Shown piece after piece: positions 19,096-28,549 of a stretch of DNA of 64,000 nucleotides. The stretch is from the IMG/VR virus record IMGVR_UViG_3300005099_000288; one strand, written 5' to 3'. This DNA is from an uncultured virus (IMG/VR IMGVR_UViG_3300005099_000288) (taxonomy: Duplodnaviria > Heunggongvirae > Uroviricota > Caudoviricetes). A program made the position numbers and the translations under genes. Positions within the stretch are counted from its first letter, which is position 1, and each line of letters starts with the position of its first letter. A model generated the notes under the pieces. The model was not told the origin of the DNA. It saw only the letters and a program-made list of their open reading frames with translations, and did not search any database.

Positions 19096-19452
19096 TTACG
19101 ATTTCTTCTCACCTCTGAGTAATAACAAAGCTCCGACTCCACCCAGTCCTGCCAACGTTAACAAGACTTTCTTGGAAACTGGTTTAGAGGGGACCTCAGA
19201 TTCTAATGTGACAGACACCGTCTCGGTCTCTCCTTCTTCGACTGTTATTGTACCAGTTTCTTCCTTATATCCTTCTAAGGTTAATTTCCACGTATGTTCT
19301 CCTGGATCTACTGCAATTGTTGCAGGAGTTACCATTCCTGTATCGTTTCCATCAATAAAAATCGCAGCTCCTTCAGGATCTGAGGTAAACTCAATGTAGC
19401 TTTTAACTTCTTGCGTTACGATCAGAGTCGCACATTTCTTCATCTCTCCCAT
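19096..19452 (-). CDS. PEGA-domain membrane-anchored protein
   Basis: TSDPEGAAIFIDG...TPATI...PGEHTWKLTLEGY is a PEGA motif; C-terminal TM helix. Confidence 0.8.
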   Translation of the reverse strand: MGEMKKCATLIVTQEVKSYIEFTSDPEGAAIFIDGNDTGMVTPATIAVDPGEHTWKLTLEGYKEETGTITVEEGETETVSVTLESEVPSKPVSKKVLLTLAGLGGVGALLLLRGEKKS

Positions 19453-19466
19453 CGAGATCCACCTTT

Positions 19467-20174
19467 CTAATAGTGTACATTATCTACGACAAAACATATT
19501 TCATAAGTTCCTTCCTCTGATGGAGCTGTTAACGACAAAGAATCACTTATTTGATCTACTGTAGTCAGTTCTGTCGAGCTCTCTGGAATCTCAGTTCCAT
19601 CTATTTCCCAGTGTCCTTCAACAGTGATGGGAATCGCAGCATCTGAAGGTAATTCATTAGTCAATGTCACTTCGGCATTAAATGATCCTCCAATGTTCAC
19701 AGTATCAGGATCTATTCGGACATTTAAGCTGTACTCGTAGTCGTATATCAAGACTTCACCTACTAGATCTCGAGTTGGAAAACTGAAATTGGTTCCGTCG
19801 CACAATTGCCCTGTGTCAGTCCAAGCATGAACTCTTCTGTCAAGTCCACATAAATCTTGATCTACTGTAAATGTGCTAGAGTAGACATATGCCATATCAA
19901 GAGGATCTATACAATCAGACCATGCATAACCTGCGTTTAGCACAGAATTCCCTTCGGCGTCTCTTATTTCAAAATGAACTCCAACCTTTACTTCGGTACT
20001 GGAGTCATTCTCTGCTGTCACTCTGATTCGATATGTCTTTCCTCTGTACAAGTTCGTTGTCGCCTCTCCTGTATCTACATCGACAACTTCGATATTTCTA
20101 ATATAAATCTGTGGTGCAACTACTGTTAAAGAAACACATTGGCTACCCTGTAAAACAGGTCCCATTTTTAACAT
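19467..20174 (-). CDS. tandem Ig-fold surface protein with N-terminal extra strand
   Basis: N-terminal SQCVSLTV; two beta-sandwich repeats; ends TAPSEEGTYEICFVVDNVHY. Confidence 0.6.
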   Translation of the reverse strand: MLKMGPVLQGSQCVSLTVVAPQIYIRNIEVVDVDTGEATTNLYRGKTYRIRVTAENDSSTEVKVGVHFEIRDAEGNSVLNAGYAWSDCIDPLDMAYVYSSTFTVDQDLCGLDRRVHAWTDTGQLCDGTNFSFPTRDLVGEVLIYDYEYSLNVRIDPDTVNIGGSFNAEVTLTNELPSDAAIPITVEGHWEIDGTEIPESSTELTTVDQISDSLSLTAPSEEGTYEICFVVDNVHY

Positions 20175-20224
20175 AATATCACCAGTAGAAAAATATTGTG
20201 AGAAGATCTATAAAAAATTTCCCT

Positions 20225-20395
20225 CTACAGTCTCTTCCACACGAATCTCTGATGAGGACAAAAACCAACAGTAAATTTGTTGTAATACTGACAGAGATGA
20301 CCTATACAAGGCTGTCCTGATAGTGCACATATCACGATACGTTCTAAAGGTGGATAAGCTGTTGTATATGTTGGGTATGTTTCGTAACTATACAT
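20225..20395 (-). CDS. small Cys-containing protein (56 aa, not in ORF track)
   Basis: MYSYETYPT...ICALSGQPCIGHLCQYY...FCPH; GTGGT RBS. Confidence 0.45.
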   Translation of the reverse strand: MYSYETYPTYTTAYPPLERIVICALSGQPCIGHLCQYYNKFTVGFCPHQRFVWKRL

Positions 20396-20404
20396 ATTTA
20401 CCAC

Positions 20405-20776
20405 TCATATTTTATTACTACTTATTTTCATCAATACAAAACCACAGGTCGGACATTTAAGTAACAAGCCACTTTTAGTCTTTTCTTCTACCACTTTTAT
20501 ACTTTTATAATTTATCTTGTCGCACAGAACAGTTTTTATTATCTTAGGTTCTCCGTAAGAATCTATTCTACGCTTATTTCTCAATCGGACAATATTTCCC
20601 TCTTTTTCAAACCTACCATCGTCAGGTACAGTCCATTTGTAAGAAACTTTCTTTTCTTTGGCGAAAGGCGAATACTCGTCAATTTCCTTACCTTCTATTT
20701 CAACCTGATAAACGTCTATATCACATCCTACTCGTGTATTGCATTTTGGGCATTGAAACCATCCTACACCATACAT
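20405..20776 (-). CDS. zinc-ribbon protein
   Basis: CPKC near the N-terminus and CPTC near the C-terminus. Confidence 0.6.
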   Translation of the reverse strand: MYGVGWFQCPKCNTRVGCDIDVYQVEIEGKEIDEYSPFAKEKKVSYKWTVPDDGRFEKEGNIVRLRNKRRIDSYGEPKIIKTVLCDKINYKSIKVVEEKTKSGLLLKCPTCGFVLMKISSNKI

Positions 20777-20779
20777 TTC

Positions 20780-21679
20780 TTACACCTCAACCTCAAAAAT
20801 TTTGCCATCCGAACCTGCTTGTCCATTTCCACAACCAGAAGTACCTCCATTTCCCCCTGAAACATCAATGTTCCCCGTTCCACTCTTCGTTATATAGTTC
20901 AACACTACCAAACCACCAGCACCCCCACCACCACCAGCTCTCTTTTGATAAGTTCCATTCGTCCCGTTTTCTCCATTTTCGCCCTTTGCTTCAATAGTTC
21001 CATTGTTTACTAGGTTCTTGGCAAAAATATAAATTGCACCTCCACCAGCTCCACCATCTCCCGGTAATCCAATAACTTGACACGTGCCACTCTCACCAAC
21101 GCACTCGCAATATCCATCACCACCACCGCCACCCGCACCAGCATTAGGAAAGTTACACCATTCACAATAACCAACGTGATTTTTTAAAGCACGCAGCTTC
21201 TCATCATTTCCAGCACCACCAGCTCCAGGATTCGAGGAACTGCAATAGCTGTAATGTCCACCAGAGCCTCCAGCTATTAAGCCATCTTCACCAGAGAGAC
21301 CACTTTGACAAATACTACAATAACAACCGCAAGAACCACTTCCAACACCACCACCACTCCCTCCTTTCCCTGTCATAGATATCTTTCCATTGTTGGTGAG
21401 AGTATTTTTCACATAAATTATCAATACTTTTTTATCTGAAGTTACGGTGACGCCAGAGTCTATTGTGAGATTATTGTAGTACATAATTTTGTTTATAGTG
21501 CAGTTAGCAGATATGGTAACGTCTCCGTCTGAACCGTCTCCAAACAATCCACCTGTAGATTTAAGTTCGCTGGCGTCTTTACCATCTACCTTGTCAGCAT
21601 CATCAGCTTTTCCATCTAAATCTAAGTCTAACATAGCGGGGTAAACAGTTTTAGTCGTTCCTGCTCTTTTGATTTTCAT
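20780..21679 (-). CDS. glycine-rich fibre/receptor-binding-like protein
   Basis: FGDGSDGDV and GGAGGGAIYI...NNGTIEAKGENG glycine-rich repeats; N-terminal DLDGKADDADKVDG. Confidence 0.7.
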   Translation of the reverse strand: MKIKRAGTTKTVYPAMLDLDLDGKADDADKVDGKDASELKSTGGLFGDGSDGDVTISANCTINKIMYYNNLTIDSGVTVTSDKKVLIIYVKNTLTNNGKISMTGKGGSGGGVGSGSCGCYCSICQSGLSGEDGLIAGGSGGHYSYCSSSNPGAGGAGNDEKLRALKNHVGYCEWCNFPNAGAGGGGGDGYCECVGESGTCQVIGLPGDGGAGGGAIYIFAKNLVNNGTIEAKGENGENGTNGTYQKRAGGGGGAGGLVVLNYITKSGTGNIDVSGGNGGTSGCGNGQAGSDGKIFEVEV

Positions 21680-21688
21680 TTTATCACC

Positions 21689-22396
21689 TCACTCATAAAT
21701 GATTATCACCTCTCCCTTAAATTTTCCTGATTGTGCTTCAGAAGTAGAGCCATCAACTGCAACAAGTCTAACTGCTCTGATAGATGATATATCAGTATCT
21801 GTTAAATTGAATTTTAAACTGTTATCTCGCCAAACTTTTTGGACTCCATATTCCCAATAAAACTCAATCAAGTAGTAGGTATTATAACTCAAATCAACAC
21901 TTTCAGCTGCAATTTGTGTTGCAGAGCCTGATATGTTCTTCAAAAAACGCAAATCTCCTGCCGATTGACCAATAGTTAGATATATTCCATAAAAGTCTGG
22001 AGGATTTTTCCACGTAGAAGCGTCTGCATTACAGAATTGTACAATAACATCTTGTGCATCTACGCTGTTTATATACACTTTTGCGTAAACCCTGCTCGCA
22101 TCAACAGGTAAATTCCAATACATCCACGATGTTCCAGTTGCACTTGATGTTCCACCTATAATAGTCAATTCTTCACTATCACTTGAAACATTACCAGCCT
22201 GAGCCTCTACTATATCACCTAACAAAGCATTCATGTTAGATGTTCTGAGTAACAGCTTTGGCTCGTTAAATAAGTCAAGGACTTCTTGTCTTATTCCTAT
22301 CAACTCGCCAGACCTTTTACCGTCTAATGTGTATGACTGTCCTATCCTTTTGGTAAAGTCTGTTCCTGCGATTGTGTGTTTGACCATCTTAATCAC
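21689..22396 (-). CDS. beta-sandwich (lectin-like) virion protein, paralog of 22662..23369
   Basis: Shares SWMYWNLP, NPPD and AESVDLS-NTYYL with 22662..23369, including nucleotide-level identity. Confidence 0.65.
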   Translation of the reverse strand: MIKMVKHTIAGTDFTKRIGQSYTLDGKRSGELIGIRQEVLDLFNEPKLLLRTSNMNALLGDIVEAQAGNVSSDSEELTIIGGTSSATGTSWMYWNLPVDASRVYAKVYINSVDAQDVIVQFCNADASTWKNPPDFYGIYLTIGQSAGDLRFLKNISGSATQIAAESVDLSYNTYYLIEFYWEYGVQKVWRDNSLKFNLTDTDISSIRAVRLVAVDGSTSEAQSGKFKGEVIIIYE

Positions 22397-22645
22397 TTAT
22401 GCTATTCCTAATTCTTTTGCAATTTCTTCTGGTGATTTATCAGCTTTAACTTCGACTTCAAACTCATCTCCTAAATCTTTTACCACTTGCACCGTAAAGA
22501 AGGTTCTGTCTTTGTATTTCCCTGATTTAAAGACAAAGTCTCGGATTTCTTTTAATATCGGCATAACGCTGTCCACGTCTGGTCTTATAGGATTTTCTTC
22601 ACTTCCATCTCCAACTTTTGAACATCTAACTTTCTCTACATACAT
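22397..22645 (-). CDS. hypothetical protein
   Basis: 82-aa ORF with GAGGTGA RBS; GDGSEENPIRP. Confidence 0.6.
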   Translation of the reverse strand: MYVEKVRCSKVGDGSEENPIRPDVDSVMPILKEIRDFVFKSGKYKDRTFFTVQVVKDLGDEFEVEVKADKSPEEIAKELGIA

Positions 22646-22661
22646 AGGCTTATCACCTCAT

Positions 22662-23369
22662 CTATTCATAAATGATTACTATATTGCCTTTAAACTTACT
22701 TAATAGTGCTTGGCTGGTTGAAATATCATATACATATAGTCTAACAGCTAATATAGATGATATGTCTGTATCAGAAATTGTAAATTTCAAAGTATTATCC
22801 CTCCATACTTTGTATGTTCCATACTTCCAATAAAATTCGACAAGGTAATATGTATTCGCTGACAAATCAACAGATTCTATAGCTTGCTGAGTTTGAGTTC
22901 CAGATATATATTTACCACATAAGAAATCTTGTGCACTATTAGAAAGATTAAACCTTACAAAATAATAATCAGGTGGATTAATCTCTGTAGAACCATCCGC
23001 ATTACATAAATGTATATCTGTTCTATAGTTAACAGAATATACTGGATTTACTCTTAAAATTAAATAGACTTTAGTTGCACTTGTTGGTAAATTCCAATAC
23101 ATCCATGATTTTCCAGCAGCAGAATCACTTCCTCCTATAATAGTCAACTCCTGTGAATTAGAACTTATATTCCCTGCTACAGCCTCAACCAAGTCAGCAC
23201 TGTTTAGCACCTCATTCATGCTTGAAGTTGCTATTAAAACTTTTGGGTCGGAGAAATTTTGCAAAACTTCTTGCCTAACGCCAGCTAACCGTGATGCTTT
23301 CCAGTCTATTACGTTGTCTTCGTCTGTGTCATATACATTCTTCAACATCCACTTTGGGTGATACGTCAT
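22662..23369 (-). CDS. beta-sandwich virion protein with MTYHPK adaptor N-terminus
   Basis: Paralog of 21689..22396; its N-terminus is shared with 24196..24822. Confidence 0.65.
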   Translation of the reverse strand: MTYHPKWMLKNVYDTDEDNVIDWKASRLAGVRQEVLQNFSDPKVLIATSSMNEVLNSADLVEAVAGNISSNSQELTIIGGSDSAAGKSWMYWNLPTSATKVYLILRVNPVYSVNYRTDIHLCNADGSTEINPPDYYFVRFNLSNSAQDFLCGKYISGTQTQQAIESVDLSANTYYLVEFYWKYGTYKVWRDNTLKFTISDTDISSILAVRLYVYDISTSQALLSKFKGNIVIIYE

Positions 23370-23764
23370 CTCTTCAACACCACATACCCTAATGCTAATA
23401 AGGGAATTGCTACTAATAGTTTTGAAGGTATTTGAGCTGGTGTAGGTGTTGTTGGAGATGTTGGAGTTATTTTTGTTAAATCTACAGATGCTTTCATCCA
23501 GTTTGGTGTTTTGTTTGGTGGTAGTGTTATTTTAGTATCATTTATTACGACGTATTTTTCAGTGTCAACGTTTCTGTAGTAAATATCAATTCTATCTGCG
23601 TCTATGTTTGGAAAGTATTCTCTAGGATTGCTGGAACTCCACGTTTCTCTGCTTTCGTCATAAGGTTTTATGGCTTTTAGGTACTCATCACCTTTATAAA
23701 ATAGAACTGAAACCGTGCACAAATCTCCATAGTCATCTTTAGAGTTAAAAGACATTTTCAGCAT
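23366..23764 (-). CDS. membrane-anchored protein, paralog of 23770..24174
   Basis: DIYYRNV-TEKYV-INDTKITLPPN is shared; Pro/Thr linker and C-terminal TM. Confidence 0.7.
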   Translation of the reverse strand: MLKMSFNSKDDYGDLCTVSVLFYKGDEYLKAIKPYDESRETWSSSNPREYFPNIDADRIDIYYRNVDTEKYVVINDTKITLPPNKTPNWMKASVDLTKITPTSPTTPTPAQIPSKLLVAIPLLALGYVVLKR

Positions 23765-23769
23765 TTATA

Positions 23770-24174
23770 TCACCTCTTCACAACTATATAACCTAAAGCT
23801 AATAAAGGAACTGTCGCCATCAAAATTTTCCCAGCCTTCTGAGATACAGAAGGTGGTGTTGGAGTAATCTCTGCTAAATCTACCGACACACATGCCCAAT
23901 CGTCAGGAATTTCGTTCGGAGGTAGAGTTATCTTTGTATCGTTGATTATAACATATTTCTCAGTCTCCACGTTTCTATAGTAAATATCGACATGATCCGC
24001 ATCTATATTCAACTGATACTCCTTTGGATTATCTCTGTTAAAAATGTCACCTCTTTCTTCGTCATAAGGACTTATTGTCATTAGGTAATTGTCGTCTTTG
24101 TAAAATATTGCGAGAACTGTACACACATCTTCTGTGCTACTGTCTGTCCCAAAGTATACTCTTCTGACTAACAC
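23770..24174 (-). CDS. membrane-anchored protein, paralog of 23366..23764
   Basis: Same shared motif; ends VPLLALGYIVVKR. Confidence 0.7.
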   Translation of the reverse strand: MLVRRVYFGTDSSTEDVCTVLAIFYKDDNYLMTISPYDEERGDIFNRDNPKEYQLNIDADHVDIYYRNVETEKYVIINDTKITLPPNEIPDDWACVSVDLAEITPTPPSVSQKAGKILMATVPLLALGYIVVKR

Positions 24175-24195
24175 TTCGATACCTCCAAATTTTGA

Positions 24196-24822
24196 TTACA
24201 TTATATACCAATTCGTTCCATCACTAATCAAAGTGTATGACTGATACTGAGTGTCAATTGTTAGAGATGAAGCTCCGTCGATTGTCTCTGAACCACTTGG
24301 ACTGATAGTTACTGTATTTGTAGAGCTGTCAGTCTTTTTAACGCCGACCTTACCACCACTTGAAGGTGATGGCAAGGTTATGGTAACTGCACCACCTGAA
24401 GCGTCAACTAAAACGAACTCGTTGTTGCTTGCTGTATAGTCTGAAGATTTTGATACAACAGACCAGCTTGCCATTAATTCAGACGCTGTATATCCACCAA
24501 CAGTTGCTGCGTCAATACCTAAGGCATCATGAGTTGCTTTATTATGGTCTGTCAGTAGGTTTGCACAGGTGTTTGGTAGGTCATCAGCTCCTAATACACT
24601 GCACCCAGATGATAAGGTTTTATTCTTTAAAGTTTGGCTTTCGTCAGTGAACACTATTGAACCAGTCCCAAGTGCGTCGTGTGTTGCTCTGTCGTGGTCT
24701 GTCAAAACAGTTGCACAGGTATTTGGAATATCAACGCCGTCTACCATATCTGCATCGTCTACTTTACCGTCTTCGTTTGTGTCATATTCTGTTTTTAACA
24801 TTCTTTTTGGGTGGTATGTCAT
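24196..24822 (-). CDS. fibre-like protein (start reassigned to MTYHPKRM)
   Basis: GAGGTGA RBS; internal repeat PNTCA--LTDH--ATHDALG x2; C-terminal VDASGGAVTITLP domain. Confidence 0.7.
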   Translation of the reverse strand: MTYHPKRMLKTEYDTNEDGKVDDADMVDGVDIPNTCATVLTDHDRATHDALGTGSIVFTDESQTLKNKTLSSGCSVLGADDLPNTCANLLTDHNKATHDALGIDAATVGGYTASELMASWSVVSKSSDYTASNNEFVLVDASGGAVTITLPSPSSGGKVGVKKTDSSTNTVTISPSGSETIDGASSLTIDTQYQSYTLISDGTNWYIM

Positions 24823-24848
24823 TTCTTCACCTCTTATTTTTTTACATT

Positions 24849-25832
24849 TTATAATATATACCAATTACTACCATCTGAGTATAAATAATATGACTCATAT
24901 TGAGTTGAAATTGTTAGCGAAGATAAACCATCTATTTTTTCTGTTGCGTTTGGATTAATAGTTACTGTGTTTGTAGAACTATCTATCTTTTTAACAGCAA
25001 CTCTTCCTGACGACACAGGTGCTGGTAAAGTTATTGTTACTGCTCCTCCAGACGCATCTACAAGAACAAACTCATTATTTGAAGCGTTGTAATTTCCTGT
25101 TTTTGTTATTACATTAAATTTAGGCATATAGAGAGTGTCTAAAATTTCTTTTGTGACTGGAGTTGAAAGTCTGCTTCTAATATCACCCTGATAATATACC
25201 CTAACCGTTGTTGAAGAACCCCCCGATTCATATCTTGAATATAACTTCAAAACAAGTCTGCTTCCAGAAGCCATAACATAATCATCTGCAAGTATCAAAG
25301 AAATTATGACATCCCTTCTTGAATCTACCTTGTCACTGACCATTGACTCATCGATTAGAACCTCACTGTTATCGGATTTTCTTTCATATAATCTGTAAAA
25401 TAATCTTACATCTATATGACCACTTATTACCTCTGCTTGACAATGAAATTCATAGACACCGAGTTTTAGAGGAATATCACTCGTAGGAGTTATCCATGAA
25501 GCAATTTCATAATCTCCAGCACTATTCTTTGTTATTTCAACATAAGCCTCTGAAAGTTCTGGAACAGTAAGACTCATTGATTTGTATGCTGGAACATCTC
25601 CATCTGCTGCATCTAACAAGAAATAGTTTATACCAAGTCCAACGACAGATGTATCAACATAAATCTTTCTCGCCACGTCGTAAGGCTCTGTTGGTTCTCC
25701 AAGACCTTTGATAACATAATCTCCCCAATCCTTATTAGCATCAACAACTAATTTACTTAATCTCGGTGATTTAGCAAGTTTGTAACTTATAGGGTCAAAA
25801 GGCATAACAATCACCTCATAAGTATTGTCCAA
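24849..25832 (-). CDS. fibre-like protein sharing its C-terminal domain with 24196..24822
   Basis: YNASNNEFVLVDASGGAVTITLP...SDGSNWYI. Confidence 0.7.
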   Translation of the reverse strand: MDNTYEVIVMPFDPISYKLAKSPRLSKLVVDANKDWGDYVIKGLGEPTEPYDVARKIYVDTSVVGLGINYFLLDAADGDVPAYKSMSLTVPELSEAYVEITKNSAGDYEIASWITPTSDIPLKLGVYEFHCQAEVISGHIDVRLFYRLYERKSDNSEVLIDESMVSDKVDSRRDVIISLILADDYVMASGSRLVLKLYSRYESGGSSTTVRVYYQGDIRSRLSTPVTKEILDTLYMPKFNVITKTGNYNASNNEFVLVDASGGAVTITLPAPVSSGRVAVKKIDSSTNTVTINPNATEKIDGLSSLTISTQYESYYLYSDGSNWYIL

Positions 25833-26542
25833 GCACTAACAGTTACAGCATAACTACCATCTAAATTTACAACTTGTATTCTTATGTTGTCTGAAAATAT
25901 AGGAACTAATATAGTTCTTTGTCTAGTTTTTCCTGCTGAAAAGGTTAAATCTTCATAATTACCAGCACTTTCAGCATCTTCAGGTGAATCATAATCAGTT
26001 CCATTTGGAGAATACAACCACCTTACTCTAACCCCTGATGTAGCTGATGAGTTATATGTTGCTTTGACAATAACAACCATAGCTGAATAACCATCAAGTC
26101 CTGATTTATCAATATTAGTGCTACCACCAGCAGAAATAGAATACGAACTCAAATCTTGCGTAGGTGTTGACCTTATCGGTCTCAATGCGTCTCTGAATTC
26201 CGAAAGTTTTATATCAAGTTGATCCAGTATAGACAATAACGCTGTTAGTTCTCCTGCTGCTCCAAATATACGATACTTAGATGTATTATCAGGAACAGTG
26301 GACCAGTTTGCTGCTACAGTCAAAGTGTCGGCAGTATTCGACGATATTTTTCTTATCTGACCTTTTCCTGTTCCGTCTGTTATTTCTACATAAGTATCAA
26401 CCCATATATCAGTTCCCCAGTTCTTTGCACTATCAGTTAGAGTATTCGACGTAGCAGAAGAAACAGTCCCTGAATCAAGACCATACTCTACTTTCTGTGT
26501 CAGGATATCCTTCAACTCTCGGAGTGGATAATATATAGTCAT
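25811..26542 (-). CDS. virion structural protein (beta-rich)
   Basis: ITDGTGKGQIRKISSNTADTLTV...W--PDNTSKYRI is a motif typical of viral structural proteins. Confidence 0.6.
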   Translation of the reverse strand: MTIYYPLRELKDILTQKVEYGLDSGTVSSATSNTLTDSAKNWGTDIWVDTYVEITDGTGKGQIRKISSNTADTLTVAANWSTVPDNTSKYRIFGAAGELTALLSILDQLDIKLSEFRDALRPIRSTPTQDLSSYSISAGGSTNIDKSGLDGYSAMVVIVKATYNSSATSGVRVRWLYSPNGTDYDSPEDAESAGNYEDLTFSAGKTRQRTILVPIFSDNIRIQVVNLDGSYAVTVSAWTILMR

Positions 26543-26543
26543 T

Positions 26544-26666
26544 TCAATCCCTCGCCATGACTAATCCTACTACTGAGACTCCGACTATTCCAACCATTAA
26601 TGGTATCATCTTTGGAATTTTCTCTTTCGCTTCTTCTACACGTAAATACCAAGATACTGTATCCAT
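26544..26666 (-). CDS. 40-aa membrane-anchored peptide with N-terminal beta-strand (not in ORF track)
   Basis: MDTVSWYLRVEEAKEKIPKMIPLMVGIVGVSVVGLVMARD; TAATG overlap with the upstream gene. Confidence 0.65.
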   Translation of the reverse strand: MDTVSWYLRVEEAKEKIPKMIPLMVGIVGVSVVGLVMARD

Positions 26667-26983
26667 TATGGTTCCACCGTCAATTTTAACTTATATATTC
26701 CAGGTTCCTCGAAGGTACTTGTAGATATTATCAGATCACTCACTTCACCTACATCTAGCTCTACCTCGCCTGTATCGAGGACTTTAATCTCAGTATCTTC
26801 TTCGTCTACTATGGAAACTTTCCAAGTGAAAATCCCTGGTGCGTCACCAGCATTTTGAATCTTGAACATACACAATTCTACCTCTCCCAAAGTATCAGAC
26901 AAAGTTGTCGGATGAAAATAAACAATATCTCCCCATGGCAGACCCATATAAGCTACCTCCATCTCCCAAGATCTAGTATCCAT
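26666..26983 (-). CDS. single CARDB/Ig-fold protein with N-terminal extra strand
   Basis: MDTRSWEMEV...FKIQNAG...ELDVGE...EPGIYKLKLTVEP. Confidence 0.65.
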   Translation of the reverse strand: MDTRSWEMEVAYMGLPWGDIVYFHPTTLSDTLGEVELCMFKIQNAGDAPGIFTWKVSIVDEEDTEIKVLDTGEVELDVGEVSDLIISTSTFEEPGIYKLKLTVEP

Positions 26984-26987
26984 ACTA

Positions 26988-27125
26988 TCAACCTCTTAAC
27001 CCTCCTAAATAGAATATCATAAATTCTTTCCCGCACTTTGGACACTTCAGACGAGTCTCTGACACTTCTACTTCCCACTGATGCTTACATTGGGGACATC
27101 CTACCATTTTTTTCTTTTCATCCAT
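26988..27125 (-). CDS. 45-aa zinc ribbon (not in ORF track)
   Basis: CPQC...CPKC. Confidence 0.6.
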   Translation of the reverse strand: MDEKKKMVGCPQCKHQWEVEVSETRLKCPKCGKEFMIFYLGGLRG

Positions 27126-27126
27126 T

Positions 27127-27618
27127 TTATTTCACCTTTGTCTCAATACCAAATGCACATAACGACCCGTACAATTTATAATCTCCTATATTTGTTATTG
27201 TGAAGTCTATAGTATGACTCGTTACCAAGTTTGGATCTATGTGAGAGATCCTGGGTCCGTATACTGTATATGCCTCGGAATGTCCGGATTCGAAAACATC
27301 TTCTGCGACTAATTGTCCGTCAATATAGCATCTACAAAGGCACTCCTGATTCACGGACACCATAATAAACAAAACCTCCAGGTCATAACCAGCAGGTACT
27401 GTATACGGAGTTTCCAAACCTGTAGATTGATCGATAGTTCTCGCAGTGTTTCCCGGGTCTAATGGTGATTTAACGAATGGGAACAATGAAACTACGTCCG
27501 AGAAAACAACAGCAAATCTCTTCGGAGTTTGTAATGAAGGATTTATCTCGACCCCTCGAACTGTCCTTCCAGCTCGTACTGATATCCTGGCAGGAGTTAC
27601 TCTAACCATAGTCTTCAC
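27127..27618 (-). CDS. beta-rich putative minor capsid protein
   Basis: YTVPAGYDLEV; alternating hydrophobic strands. Confidence 0.45.
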   Translation of the reverse strand: MKTMVRVTPARISVRAGRTVRGVEINPSLQTPKRFAVVFSDVVSLFPFVKSPLDPGNTARTIDQSTGLETPYTVPAGYDLEVLFIMVSVNQECLCRCYIDGQLVAEDVFESGHSEAYTVYGPRISHIDPNLVTSHTIDFTITNIGDYKLYGSLCAFGIETKVK

Positions 27619-28007
27619 CCTGCAACCAATTCATAGATTGTACCACTTGTGTCTGACCTTACCCATACTGTTGCTACTTTCAGAGGCGGATTCTCGTTAC
27701 CCCACTCAAACACAGAATCAGGAGACAAACTAATTTCCTCCTCGGTAAAAGACTGTCCGTCTGCCGAGATCTTCAAATAAATGTTACCCGGTCCATGATT
27801 TATAACATAACCAGACGCAGGTCTGTAACCCAGAGACACATATAATAGATGTTCATCAAAATTATTTCTATTAGAAAAATCTGTCGAAGAAGGAAGAGTC
27901 CTGAGTCCAGTTACATACGGAACGTTGTTTCGTGGTTTGAAATATTGATCTAACTTTCGGATCAAAATTGACAACAATCTCACTAGAGTGTTCTCCTCGG
28001 GGGTCAT
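27615..28007 (-). CDS. beta-rich putative structural protein
   Basis: VINHGPGNIYLKISADG...VWVRS. Confidence 0.45.
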   Translation of the reverse strand: MTPEENTLVRLLSILIRKLDQYFKPRNNVPYVTGLRTLPSSTDFSNRNNFDEHLLYVSLGYRPASGYVINHGPGNIYLKISADGQSFTEEEISLSPDSVFEWGNENPPLKVATVWVRSDTSGTIYELVAG

Positions 28008-28060
28008 TTATTTATCTCCTCTGGGTCTTTAAGAAAAAAGAAAAGACGGTAGAACAGTGG

Positions 28061-28534
28061 TTATATCCTAGTCTTACCACTCAGCAATATTGCATCAAGA
28101 CCAAACTTTGTGCCCGTAGAAGTTATATTTTTGCTTGGAGTGACTTTAACAAGTAATTTGTCCGAAGCTGTTATTTTAATAGGCTGTACAAACCTGTAGA
28201 CTTTTTCTTCGTCGGTTTGTTTGAAGTTCTCGTATACACCGCTGTCAATTCTGACTTCCTCCCCGAACACTACGGATTTTCTGATAGATACATCATCTTT
28301 GTTTCCTATCTCACCAGCAGAACCACCTAGGTACATCCAGAATCTAGCACCGTCAAGTATTCTGACTTCTGAACCAGACGGAGGAGATATTTCTATAGCA
28401 TTCCCTGTACTTCCTGAAGTCACGTTGTTCAATGTTACAATATCTGGGAAGTCTTTGTGATTCAGCTTAACTTTTCTGACTTCCCACCCTTCTCTTTTTA
28501 AAGCTTCTATATATGCCTTTTCTTTATCCATCAT
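28061..28534 (-). CDS. candidate single jelly-roll major capsid protein
   Basis: 157 aa with about 8 predicted strands; strong GGAGG RBS; followed by a T-tract terminator. Confidence 0.35.
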   Translation of the reverse strand: MMDKEKAYIEALKREGWEVRKVKLNHKDFPDIVTLNNVTSGSTGNAIEISPPSGSEVRILDGARFWMYLGGSAGEIGNKDDVSIRKSVVFGEEVRIDSGVYENFKQTDEEKVYRFVQPIKITASDKLLVKVTPSKNITSTGTKFGLDAILLSGKTRI

Positions 28535-28549
28535 TTTTTCATCCCTCCT

